Shown here: positions 29,128-38,490 of the stretch, piece by piece
Numbering within the stretch: position 1 is the stretch's first letter
How the letters are laid out: every line of letters starts with the position of its first letter
Assembly (NCBI GenBank): GCA_014800535.1
Contig: JAAVFW010000024.1
Coordinates: forward strand, 681-64,680
DNA: 64,000 nt
Direction: 5' to 3'
DNA from: Bacteroidales bacterium
GTDB taxonomy: Bacteria; Bacteroidota; Bacteroidia; Bacteroidales; Muribaculaceae
Notes under the pieces: model-generated
What the model saw: only the letters and a program-made list of their open reading frames with translations
Databases searched by the model: none
What the model was told of the DNA's origin: nothing
Made by a program: the position numbers and the translations under genes

Positions 29128-29507
29128 TTCATAAGTTAAATAAATTGCCAAGGCGACTCCCCTCATTGGCGTTAGGTTAGAAAAAGAAAAGTGTGAGAGC
29201 CGTACTTGTTGCCCGTTCCGCTTTCTGAGGCCCTGGAATTGCCCATCATCGTAGAACGGACAACGCAGAAGCCTCACACCGAATATGTGTAAATACACCG
29301 ACCACAGACGCTCACGCGCCCGCTGCCGGAAATATATACATACCCACAAGGCATCTACCGTTGTCTCATTCTTGACGATGATTGAAATTTTCCAGGTTTC
29401 AGAAAGCCAAGAAAGAGCGTCAAGTAAACGCTTTTCAAAATGTCTGCCGACCCTCCCACATTGCCCTTGACCGGGCTTCCGCGGTGCGATCTGCATTTGC
29501 AAAATTA
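29128..29507 (-). promoter_or_regulatory. Promoter plus ~370-nt structured 5' leader (putative transcription attenuator)
   Basis: TAATTTTG at 29507-29500; terminator stem 29279-29254/29218-29191 followed by TTTTCTTTTTCT; competing long helix with 29407-29350. Confidence 0.7.
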
Positions 29508-29603
29508 CGAATTTTTTTCCGAATAATACTTATCATCTTAAGAAAAAAAATTGCTATCTACGCACATTCCCTTTTTCAGGATATGACCGCATGCAGAAAT
29601 AGG

Positions 29604-29636
29604 CAACGCTCCGTCGGGGAGACCGACGGAGCGTTG
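29604..29636 (-). terminator. Hairpin downstream of the Schlafen-domain gene
   Basis: CAACGCTCCGTCGG-GGAGA-CCGACGGAGCGTTG, perfect 14-bp stem. Confidence 0.75.
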
Positions 29637-29711
29637 GAACTTATTTTACGAGTGGAAGGTTTGTTTCGAGGCAGTCCTATTTCGCGAGGAAAGGTTATTT
29701 CAGGGGAAGGG

Positions 29712-32700
29712 TTATTTCAGGGGAATACCTATCTTTTCGAGGTATTCCTTTTCTTCCTTGCCGTAGGCTGTCGACAACTGGAAACCAAGGCTTGTGCGCC
29801 TGTGGTTACGCATCCTTTTGAGCTCTTCGATATGGTCTGCCGGGATAATCTCACATTCTCCCATTTGGGCAAATTCCACGTCAGAGAGTGTATTGCCTTT
29901 ATCAGTGATTCGTGTCTCCTCAATTTCAGAGAGGTCGTCAAGGCGGAAGAATCTCTTTCCACGATCGTCAATGTAAGTTGTCAGCAATGCGTCATCCTTA
30001 CGCGCAGGCGACACAAACAAGGGGTCAGTGCCGGCAAGCATCTTATGCCGTCCTCCGGCAGACTGTTTGAGAATCTTCGACATCGGCACCTTCAGCACCC
30101 TTCCGTCGGGATAGACCATCATCATGAAGCCATCCTTCTCCTCATCGTGGATTGCAAGGGTAAGTTTCCCCTCATCCCATTCAACATCGTCGAGCTTACT
30201 CCATTCATTATTATCATAAATGCGGAAATAAGCCGCCGTGTCGACACCGTAACCCTCAAGCCAATTCTCAGTGATGTTAGAGCGCAGATGAGAGGTTGGA
30301 ATCTTCTTTTCTTCATCATCAGCGAAAACCCTCGTGCGCTCCTTTTGCTCGCGGTCGGTTGAAGAATCATCAGCCGTTTCCACCTCTGCGTCGGCAATTA
30401 TGGCATCGTTTTCAATGGGGAATCTTTCAAAATCCCTGTTATCCATAATTTCGCGCAGCTGGTTTACGTCGTCGATAGCGTAGGTCGAGCTTCCCTCACG
30501 CAAGAAATACTGACGTGTCGTCCGCAGTTGAACCGGAGTCTTCGACGGAGCCACCTGAATGGCATAAATCCAATATTTCCCTGCTTCAGGATGGTGAATT
30601 TTGATTGAAGCATTCACTGCATCGCCAAGGGCAAAACGTATCTGATTTCTAACATAAAGGTCAAACTTATCACGACTATTGTCGAAGAACGGCAGGTCAT
30701 CATCAAGACCCTTAGCCGTTCCGGTGTCGTAGACACCGAGATAAAGTGTTCCGCCATAGGCATTGACCATACCGCAGATAACCTTCATGATATTGAAAGT
30801 CTGCTCCTCAAGATTGGGCTGCATGCCGTTTTCGGGCGGGAAGACAATCGACGACTTAAACTCTTTTGTCTGGTTCTCCTGTCCGAATGAATAGATTACG
30901 GGAATCTCAATATTGATGTTCTTGAGCTGACGAATTTCCGAGAGGATACTGTTCTGATGTTCAGAAAGGTTAAAGCCGTCCGCCATGTTGTAAGACAGCA
31001 TCAGACGTGCCAATTTACCCACGATATGCCCCGGACCGTAATGAGACACCAAATCCCAGAGATAGGAATTATTTTCCTGTTTACCCATGCTGTTGAGAAT
31101 CTTCACCTCACAGATGCGCTGTTTCAACACGGGGAATTTCTCAACAATATCGGCATTTCTCACGCTCAGTTTATCGAACTCAGCCTCGTCAACCTTACCG
31201 TTTTTACCATAATCCTCAAGCATACAGAGAAGAGAACGCCGCTGGTCAAGGTAACGCTGTGTCGCCTCATCCTCAATCATACCGGCGAGGATGCACGCCA
31301 CCGACAGATAACCGTAAGCCTTCGTATTGTCGTCTTCGACAACCGCCTTATGGTCGAGCAGACATATCATCTGGTTGATATAATCGATGTCAAACTGGTC
31401 TTCGGAAACCGACATAGCCTCTTCTGCAAGCTCGTCTTCACTCTCCTCATAAACTTCACCTCCTGCAAAATCCTGAAGTAAAGACTCAGCAGCTTCGGTG
31501 ACATTAACATCATAATCGGCAGGACCGATCACCTCAGCCTGAATTGTCTGTATTCGCTGATAAGATGTCACCCTGACACGCACAGTGTCGCCGAGACGAT
31601 AATCGAAATCAGGTGTTGAATCGGGCACAAAGACCCCATAGCCGTAGGCAGTGATGCCGAGCATCACATGGTTTGTCTCATCATGATAAACAAGCCGGCA
31701 ATCGCTCTCCTCATCATACTGAATTGTTGAACGAATGTAATCATCCATCAACGAGATGGAATCAAAATAGTAACGTTGCACATCATTGTAAGGACTCCCC
31801 TCGGAATTTACCCTTGTGCGAAACAGCAACGGCTTCCCATCAATACAGAAATTCTCGAATGTAAACCGAGGGTTATAATGGAAAATTCCGTTGGAACCCT
31901 TGTCGACGTAGGTGTCAATCCAACCCTCACCCTGATACATATCATCTTCGATCCGGCAATAGAATCGGTTGGGATGATCCATGTCGGAATCCTGATAAAG
32001 CACTCTGACAGTCACTTCCGTGCCGACGTCAGGACTGATTTTGCGTGGAGCAATCCGCTCCGTCAACGTGCGTTCCTCAAAGAGAGCAAGTTCAACCTTA
32101 CGCCACCAATTTCGCCAGGTTGATATTTTTGACGACGGGCTGATCGGATATTTCGTCGGATTATCAAGAAACAGCTGAATGTTATGCCAGGGAAGGAAGT
32201 CTGAGGGCAAGACATTACGCTCGCGTCCCGAAGAGGTGGCACGCGCAATCGTCATACCGTCGTTGCTGACCGTGAATCTCACCTTTTCAGTCTCGTAAGC
32301 ACGGGTTGTAAAGGTCGACATCCGGCTTTTAAGAAGTGACATCTGATAAGCGAACAACTCCGTCTGACCGAAATTCATGTCCCAATTCACCTCACGGCTT
32401 ATCGACTCCGAACTTACAAGAGCATTAAACGCCTGCTCCAGCAATGAATCGGAGATTGAGATGCCGAGAGCCCGCTGCCCCAGCACATTTTTACTTCTCA
32501 CAAACGAGAGATAGTGAAAAAGCATCGACTTATAGAGAGGGACATCTACATCCCGACCATCTGACATAAGCAGATAATAACATATCGCGCGCACCATGCG
32601 ATGAAGAAGTTGCGTCGTGTGGTCATCTTCTACAAAAGCGAGACGATTGACCTTATCGCGGTTGCTCATTATGTAATATTGAATGAACCCTGCGAATGCC

Positions 32701-33740
32701 TTTTTAAACGAAGGCAACTTCCAGTTTCTCGCCGACTCACCGATAATGTCGAGAATCGTGTCGATTCTCTCCTCAAGAATGTGCGGACGGAGTGAGAAAA
32801 TGGCAATCAGGAGAGCCATCTTCTTCTGCGCATTATAAATATAGCCTGAATTTCTGATTTTCTTCAGAATAGAATCAATCTCCGCTCCATCTTTGTTATT
32901 CTCAATCAGTTCCAGACAATTCTGATAAGTCTCTGCTTTTCTGACAATTTTTGCAATCCACTCCTGAAAATTCTCACGTTCAGACTCAGAGAATTGCTTA
33001 AGAAATTTAGAGTCTTCAAGCACATAGAGACAGACGCGGCTGAATGTGGTGAGCAGTCTGAGATAATTTTTTTCTCTGAAACCGCTCCACTTCTCCACAC
33101 CGGGCACGGCTGTCAGAGCCTTTATGACCCATTCCGGGTCATTTCGTTCAAGATATTCACGCGACTCCTGAAAGAGAGCGGAATTGTCAAACAACCGTTT
33201 CAGCACCTTAGAAGAGACTTCATCTATCTCGCTGTCGGCAAGCAACTGATCCGGTGAGATACATTTCCCCTCGATTGTCGGACGCTTATATTCAAAAATC
33301 AATTCGAGTTTATTTCTCGACGGCCTGCTGATGCGACAATTAATTCTCTGGCGAGGCTGAAGGAAAACCGTGCCCGGAGTTTTCAATCTGAAAGGCACTC
33401 CGTTTTCATCAAAAACATCATAATATTTCTTTCCGTCAGGGAGTGTGGAGACAAGACGGGAAACCGTAAATTGATATGACTCTTCCGGGTCATACTTATT
33501 ACCGAACATTTCGGCAAAATTCTGCACAAAAATAATGTTTTCTCCATGCACATCCTTAACCATACATGGGAGTTCGCGCAATTCATGAATTTTAGGATCA
33601 TCCTTTTGAAATGCGAACATCCTGATTGCATGATGTCTGCCGTTTGCATCAACAATAAAATATGAATTTACATCATCATCGAAAAAATCAACTATTGGAA
33701 GTGTGTAAAATTTACCTTTTTGAAACACTATATTTTCCAT
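29712..33740 (-). CDS. Large multidomain protein with Schlafen/AlbA_2 domain and probable S1/OB folds
   Basis: About aa 950-1100: ENQTKEFKSS, ICGMVNAYGGTLYLGVYDTG..KGL, YFLREGSST; S1-like segments GTEVTVRV and GVFVP...LGDTVRVRV. Confidence 0.8.
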   Translation of the reverse strand: MENIVFQKGKFYTLPIVDFFDDDVNSYFIVDANGRHHAIRMFAFQKDDPKIHELRELPCMVKDVHGENIIFVQNFAEMFGNKYDPEESYQFTVSRLVSTLPDGKKYYDVFDENGVPFRLKTPGTVFLQPRQRINCRISRPSRNKLELIFEYKRPTIEGKCISPDQLLADSEIDEVSSKVLKRLFDNSALFQESREYLERNDPEWVIKALTAVPGVEKWSGFREKNYLRLLTTFSRVCLYVLEDSKFLKQFSESERENFQEWIAKIVRKAETYQNCLELIENNKDGAEIDSILKKIRNSGYIYNAQKKMALLIAIFSLRPHILEERIDTILDIIGESARNWKLPSFKKAFAGFIQYYIMSNRDKVNRLAFVEDDHTTQLLHRMVRAICYYLLMSDGRDVDVPLYKSMLFHYLSFVRSKNVLGQRALGISISDSLLEQAFNALVSSESISREVNWDMNFGQTELFAYQMSLLKSRMSTFTTRAYETEKVRFTVSNDGMTIARATSSGRERNVLPSDFLPWHNIQLFLDNPTKYPISPSSKISTWRNWWRKVELALFEERTLTERIAPRKISPDVGTEVTVRVLYQDSDMDHPNRFYCRIEDDMYQGEGWIDTYVDKGSNGIFHYNPRFTFENFCIDGKPLLFRTRVNSEGSPYNDVQRYYFDSISLMDDYIRSTIQYDEESDCRLVYHDETNHVMLGITAYGYGVFVPDSTPDFDYRLGDTVRVRVTSYQRIQTIQAEVIGPADYDVNVTEAAESLLQDFAGGEVYEESEDELAEEAMSVSEDQFDIDYINQMICLLDHKAVVEDDNTKAYGYLSVACILAGMIEDEATQRYLDQRRSLLCMLEDYGKNGKVDEAEFDKLSVRNADIVEKFPVLKQRICEVKILNSMGKQENNSYLWDLVSHYGPGHIVGKLARLMLSYNMADGFNLSEHQNSILSEIRQLKNINIEIPVIYSFGQENQTKEFKSSIVFPPENGMQPNLEEQTFNIMKVICGMVNAYGGTLYLGVYDTGTAKGLDDDLPFFDNSRDKFDLYVRNQIRFALGDAVNASIKIHHPEAGKYWIYAIQVAPSKTPVQLRTTRQYFLREGSSTYAIDDVNQLREIMDNRDFERFPIENDAIIADAEVETADDSSTDREQKERTRVFADDEEKKIPTSHLRSNITENWLEGYGVDTAAYFRIYDNNEWSKLDDVEWDEGKLTLAIHDEEKDGFMMMVYPDGRVLKVPMSKILKQSAGGRHKMLAGTDPLFVSPARKDDALLTTYIDDRGKRFFRLDDLSEIEETRITDKGNTLSDVEFAQMGECEIIPADHIEELKRMRNHRRTSLGFQLSTAYGKEEKEYLEKIGIPLK

Positions 33741-33804
33741 AATTCATTAAAATCTAATTTGATTTAAATCATAAAAAAAATTAATAACCTGCATAATAAA
33801 AATC

Positions 33805-33838
33805 ATTTAGGCGAGGGTTAATGATTCCTCGCCTAAAT
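33805..33838 (-). terminator. Terminator after the dipeptidase gene
   Basis: ATTTAGGCGAGG...CCTCGCCTAAAT. Confidence 0.7.
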
Positions 33839-33852
33839 ATTCATTCTAAAAA

Positions 33853-35502
33853 CTATTTTTCCAGAAAATGGTCGCCGGTTGCCTTCACAATATTCTCGTA
33901 ATACTCCTTATTGTAGCCGGGGAACTCCGGATAGACAGGGAGACCGTTTTCGTTGTAAATGAAGTTGCCATCGGCATCGACCTTCTTCATGTTTCCATCC
34001 ATGAAACGCACAAGGAGGTATTGCGCAAGATTCCGGTAAGCATCTGTTGCTTCCTTAGCGATTGAGCAACCCTCATTGTTGACCTCAGCAATAAGAGCCT
34101 CCTTATTGCCATCTTTCACAAGCGCCACGAGTTCTGCCTCACGCTCAGGGCGCGAACCGATATATTTGTTCTCAAGGCCCTGCTGCACCTTACGGATGTC
34201 GGGAATCATCAAATCATAGCGGTTGTAGGCCTGATTGGCAACCCAAGTGTTCATCCAGAAATTTGAGTTCATGTCAAACTCATTGATATTTCCCTCTTTA
34301 AGCTGTTCGGGCACAACCGTCATCGAACAATAGAAAGGCATATACACACAAGTGTTGGCATCATCGGTGCCAAACCAGGTCACACCACCCACCTCGTCGG
34401 GAAGCCAGTCACGGCTCTGACTCACGAAGCTCCAGCCGGTTTGCTGAGTGGCAATGGCACGCTCGTTAAGATAAGTCTTTCCATCGACTTCAAAAGTCAT
34501 CGGACGCCAGCGATAAGGCACATGATTCGGGCCGGCACCAATGTCATTATTCATATCGAAGGGAGTGTCCTCGAAATGGTCGCGCATGCTGAACTGCATG
34601 TCGGCAAGCGACACTTTCTTATCAGGAATTATATAGAGCGGCATCGGCTCGTCGCTCTTGCCGGCACACCAGTCATAGTAAGAATCAGCGTCCTTATTGA
34701 ATCGGCGGAAGAACGACCAAACTCTGGCATCGCAGCCGCGGCGTGTGGCAGCGGAATGTTCGCCGAAGGCATCGGCAAAACTGAAATCCTCATCCTTACC
34801 GTTGAAATATCCACGCTTACGCGCAAAGTCAAAAAGGTCTTTTGAATAACGCACATTCTCCTTGTCCTTATAATTCACCTTGCGGATTCGAGGCTCGTTG
34901 GCATGTCCGGAGATTGCATTGTCAGGGATGCGCACGGCAACCCACACAGCTCCCTTTTCAGCACCCTTGCCAATTAATTCCATAACCCAGACCTCATTCT
35001 TATCGGCAATTGAGAATGATTCTCCTGAGCTGGCATAACCATACTTGTCGACAAGGTCTGCCATCACATCAATCGCCTCACGAGCCGTCTTTGAACGTTC
35101 AAGAGCGATCTGAATCAGCGACCCGTAATCGATAATTGAATTATTGGTGGTGTCGACAAGCTCCTCTTTTCCACCCCAGGTTGACTCGCCGATGCAGACC
35201 TGATGCTCATTCATGTTGCCCACAACGTTATATGTCTGTGCAACCTGCGGGATTTCGCCGAGTGGCTTCGAGGTGTCCCATTCAACGACTTTTCTCATAG
35301 CACCCTTGGGATGACGAGCTGCCGGAGTATGGTTTAACATTCCGTAAAGAGAATGAGAGTCAGCGGCATAAGTAACCATTACCGACCCGTCTGCCGACGC
35401 CTTTTTGCCGGCTATGAGATTGGTGCAGGCCTCTGAGGGAATTGTCAGCATAACTGACACACCGGCCATTGCCAGACCTGCTGCAAGTTTTGTTAAATTC
35501 AT
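33853..35502 (-). CDS. Peptidase C69 dipeptidase (Ntn hydrolase)
   Basis: Signal peptide then catalytic CTN; GNMNEHQV.IGEST.GG, ALERSKTAREAI, YASSGESFSIAD. Confidence 0.92.
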   Translation of the reverse strand: MNLTKLAAGLAMAGVSVMLTIPSEACTNLIAGKKASADGSVMVTYAADSHSLYGMLNHTPAARHPKGAMRKVVEWDTSKPLGEIPQVAQTYNVVGNMNEHQVCIGESTWGGKEELVDTTNNSIIDYGSLIQIALERSKTAREAIDVMADLVDKYGYASSGESFSIADKNEVWVMELIGKGAEKGAVWVAVRIPDNAISGHANEPRIRKVNYKDKENVRYSKDLFDFARKRGYFNGKDEDFSFADAFGEHSAATRRGCDARVWSFFRRFNKDADSYYDWCAGKSDEPMPLYIIPDKKVSLADMQFSMRDHFEDTPFDMNNDIGAGPNHVPYRWRPMTFEVDGKTYLNERAIATQQTGWSFVSQSRDWLPDEVGGVTWFGTDDANTCVYMPFYCSMTVVPEQLKEGNINEFDMNSNFWMNTWVANQAYNRYDLMIPDIRKVQQGLENKYIGSRPEREAELVALVKDGNKEALIAEVNNEGCSIAKEATDAYRNLAQYLLVRFMDGNMKKVDADGNFIYNENGLPVYPEFPGYNKEYYENIVKATGDHFLEK

Positions 35503-35773
35503 CGTTTCAAAATAAAGTTTCGTTTCATTGCTACAAATATAGTACTTTTCCGTTAATATTCCAATTATTCTTTACTCCAATTATTCTTTCTATAACCTGC
35601 GGGAGCTTGTAAAGTTATCTGTTTTTTTGTAACTTCGCGTTGCATTTCTCACCTCATGAGTTTGCATCATTAAGCTTATCAACTAAACACTGATATTATT
35701 GTTAAACTAATATAATCTTATTACTTCGACCGGCAGCCCCGGTCTTAACTAAACACGAAATTTCAAAAATACT

Positions 35774-37720
35774 ATGGAAAACATAAATCCTGAAACATCT
35801 TCTGAAGAACTATTACCCGGTGTCGAACCGATTACATTACCCTCAGAAGATGCTTCAAACCGCATTACTTTCTCCGATCTCGGTGTTGAAGACGATCTGC
35901 TCAAGGCAATCAACGAATTAGGTTTTGAAACACCCATGCCCATCCAGGAGATGGTCATCCCCCATCTTCTCACCCGCGATGGCGATGTTGTCGGACTGGC
36001 TCAGACCGGCACAGGGAAAACAGCCGCCTTCGGATTGCCACTCCTGCAACGCATCAACACTGCCGAGAGCACTCCTCAGGCCCTCATCATAGCACCGACC
36101 CGCGAATTGTGTCTTCAGATTGCCGGCGACCTTGCAGACTTCTCGAAATATAAAGATAATCTTCGCATTCTTCCTGTCTACGGTGGTTCAAGCATCGACA
36201 GTCAGATACGTTCGCTCAGAAAAGGGGTTCAGGTGATTGTTGCCACTCCCGGCAGATTGATCGACCTCATAAAGCGCGGTGAAGTAAACCTCGACAATGT
36301 CCACACCGTTGTGCTCGATGAAGCCGACGAGATGCTTAACATGGGATTCATCGACGACATCAACGAAATCCTGACCCATGTGCCGGAAGAACGAAAAATG
36401 CTGATGTTCTCAGCCACAATGCCTAAGGAGATTGCAGCAATCGCAAAACGATTCATGCACAATCCGAAGGAATTCATTGCAGGCAACCGCAACGAAGGCT
36501 CAAAGAATGTCAAGCATATCTACTATATGGTCAAGGCTCACGACAAGTACCTTGCCCTGAAACGTGTGGCCGACAATAATCCCGACATCTACGGAATCGT
36601 CTTCTGCCGCACCAAGAAAGAAACTCAGGAGATTGCCGACAAACTGATTGCCGACGGCTATAATGCCGATTGTCTGCATGGCGACCTGTCGCAGGCGCAG
36701 CGCGACCTGGCAATGAAGAAATTCCGCGACCACGTCACTCAGCTTCTTGTCGCAACCGACGTTGCCGCCCGTGGATTGGATGTCGACGACCTCACCCATG
36801 TAATCAACTTCGGTCTGCCGGACGACGTAGCCGTCTATACTCACCGCTCAGGACGTACGGGACGTGCCAACAAGACCGGTGTTTCAGTTGCCATTATCCA
36901 CTCCAGAGAGAAAAGCAAGCTTCGCCAGATTGAGAAAAAAATCGGCAAGGAGTTTGAATATAAAAAAGTTCCTACCCCGGAGCATATCATTGAGAAACAG
37001 CTCTATAATCTTGCCGACCGCCTTGAGCGGGTTCAGGTCGACGAATCACAGATTGAACGCTATTTGCCGGGTGTACGCAAGAAACTCGAATGGCTTTCGG
37101 AAGAAGACCTTCTGAAGCGCGTCCTGTCGCTTGAGTTCAACCGTCTGCTGGAATATTACAGAGACATGCCCGACATCGACCTCAACGAGAGCAGCCGAAA
37201 CACTCGCGAACGTGGCGACCGCAAAGAGCGTAAACGCCCCTCAGACCGCGAGAAAGACCGCCGTCAGGCTGAACCCGGCTATGAAAGAATGATGGTCAAC
37301 ATCGGTAAGTCCGAAGGGTTCTTCCCCGGAAACCTGATGGAAATGATCAATAAATCCGTGGCGGGCAGAAAACCTGAAATCGGCAGGATTGACCTCTTGC
37401 CTGACTACACTCTCTTCGATGTCAGAAAAGAGGATGCACGCCGAATCCTCGACGCTTTGCGTCACACTGACTTCTACGGCAGAAATGTTCATGCGGAAAT
37501 AGCGACCGACCGTGACTACTCTCTCGAAGGGAAAGACCGGCGCGCAAAGAAAGCCCGCAAGGAACAGAAGAGTTCCAATCCTCGCTATGACCTCTCGGCA
37601 GCCTTAGGCGAAAAACCGAAAAAAAAGCGCGAAAGTAAAAAAGGAAAGAAGGAAAGTCGTAAAGAAAGACCTGATTATAACGGTAATTTCGACCTCTTCA
37701 TTAACAAAAAGAAAAAATGA
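35774..37720 (+). CDS. DEAD-box RNA helicase with DbpA RNA-binding domain (DeaD/CshA-like)
   Basis: Q motif, AQTGTGKT, PTREL, TPGR, DEAD, SAT, ARGLD, HRSGRTGR. Confidence 0.96.
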   Translation: MENINPETSSEELLPGVEPITLPSEDASNRITFSDLGVEDDLLKAINELGFETPMPIQEMVIPHLLTRDGDVVGLAQTGTGKTAAFGLPLLQRINTAESTPQALIIAPTRELCLQIAGDLADFSKYKDNLRILPVYGGSSIDSQIRSLRKGVQVIVATPGRLIDLIKRGEVNLDNVHTVVLDEADEMLNMGFIDDINEILTHVPEERKMLMFSATMPKEIAAIAKRFMHNPKEFIAGNRNEGSKNVKHIYYMVKAHDKYLALKRVADNNPDIYGIVFCRTKKETQEIADKLIADGYNADCLHGDLSQAQRDLAMKKFRDHVTQLLVATDVAARGLDVDDLTHVINFGLPDDVAVYTHRSGRTGRANKTGVSVAIIHSREKSKLRQIEKKIGKEFEYKKVPTPEHIIEKQLYNLADRLERVQVDESQIERYLPGVRKKLEWLSEEDLLKRVLSLEFNRLLEYYRDMPDIDLNESSRNTRERGDRKERKRPSDREKDRRQAEPGYERMMVNIGKSEGFFPGNLMEMINKSVAGRKPEIGRIDLLPDYTLFDVRKEDARRILDALRHTDFYGRNVHAEIATDRDYSLEGKDRRAKKARKEQKSSNPRYDLSAALGEKPKKKRESKKGKKESRKERPDYNGNFDLFINKKKK

Positions 37721-38442
37721 CACGAGCCAATAATATAGACTTATCACGTGCCACAACATCTCTGCTGAGAGGTGCTGTGGCGCTTCTGATGTTGTGGGTG
37801 ATAAACATTCCTGCCCATGCCAAACCTGTTGTGACGGCATCTGATACTCTGACGGCAGGAGAAGTGTTTACGAATCTTCCAATCTCGGTGCTTGACATTC
37901 TGCCGCGCACCTCACGTCTCGATATGCTTGACTATGCCGCTGTCGACAGTCTTCGCCCCACACTCAACAACATGGGAGAAATATCAACTCTTCAACTTGT
38001 GTCTCCCACAGCGCTTGATGTCAAACTAACAAACGTCTCCGACCTTAAAATACGCATCCTGCCTTACGCCGGAAGCGAAGTCACCATGACAATCTACACC
38101 GTCGGACGCAAGGAGTCGTCACCCGACTCTCAGATAAATTTCTTTAATTCGTCAATGCAAAAGCTTCCGACCAACAAATTTATCAGTCTGCCGGAGATAG
38201 AGGATTTCCTGATTGACAAAGTCAAATGGCATGAGGTTGGCAAAAAGATTAGCCGTAAGGAAGTGCTTGACCGGATTCCTTTCATGACAGTCACCTACAC
38301 CATGGAGCCGGACTCCGACCTGCTGAAAGCGCATCTGACAATCGGGAAATATCTCCCGGTGGAAGATGTTGAGTTCGTCACTCCTTTCCTCTGTAAGGAA
38401 CTGACCTATAAATGGAACGGCAAACGATTCGTCAAGCTGTAA
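37717..38442 (+). CDS. DUF3256-like exported protein
   Basis: Signal-like segment; F..LP....L....RLDMLDY, PDSQI.F, Y.WNG..F. Confidence 0.7.
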   Translation: MTRANNIDLSRATTSLLRGAVALLMLWVINIPAHAKPVVTASDTLTAGEVFTNLPISVLDILPRTSRLDMLDYAAVDSLRPTLNNMGEISTLQLVSPTALDVKLTNVSDLKIRILPYAGSEVTMTIYTVGRKESSPDSQINFFNSSMQKLPTNKFISLPEIEDFLIDKVKWHEVGKKISRKEVLDRIPFMTVTYTMEPDSDLLKAHLTIGKYLPVEDVEFVTPFLCKELTYKWNGKRFVKL

Positions 38443-38490
38443 GATGAGCTGACAATCAGTCACAGATTATAATAAAACATATCATAAAAA

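Noticed and set aside
27568-29502. 644-aa LRR protein starting at TTG 29502
   Set aside because: The TTG lies inside the promoter box and a clean signal peptide starts at 29127. The upstream open frame is treated as a separate finding.
29382-30362. 326-aa plus-strand ORF
   Set aside because: Antisense to the Schlafen gene, runs through a perfect hairpin and a promoter, and has no recognisable motifs; shadow ORF.
24975-33800. Intact prophage or ICE integrated at tRNA-Ser
   Set aside because: No integrase, relaxase, tra or phage structural genes, and no visible duplicated tRNA 3' end.
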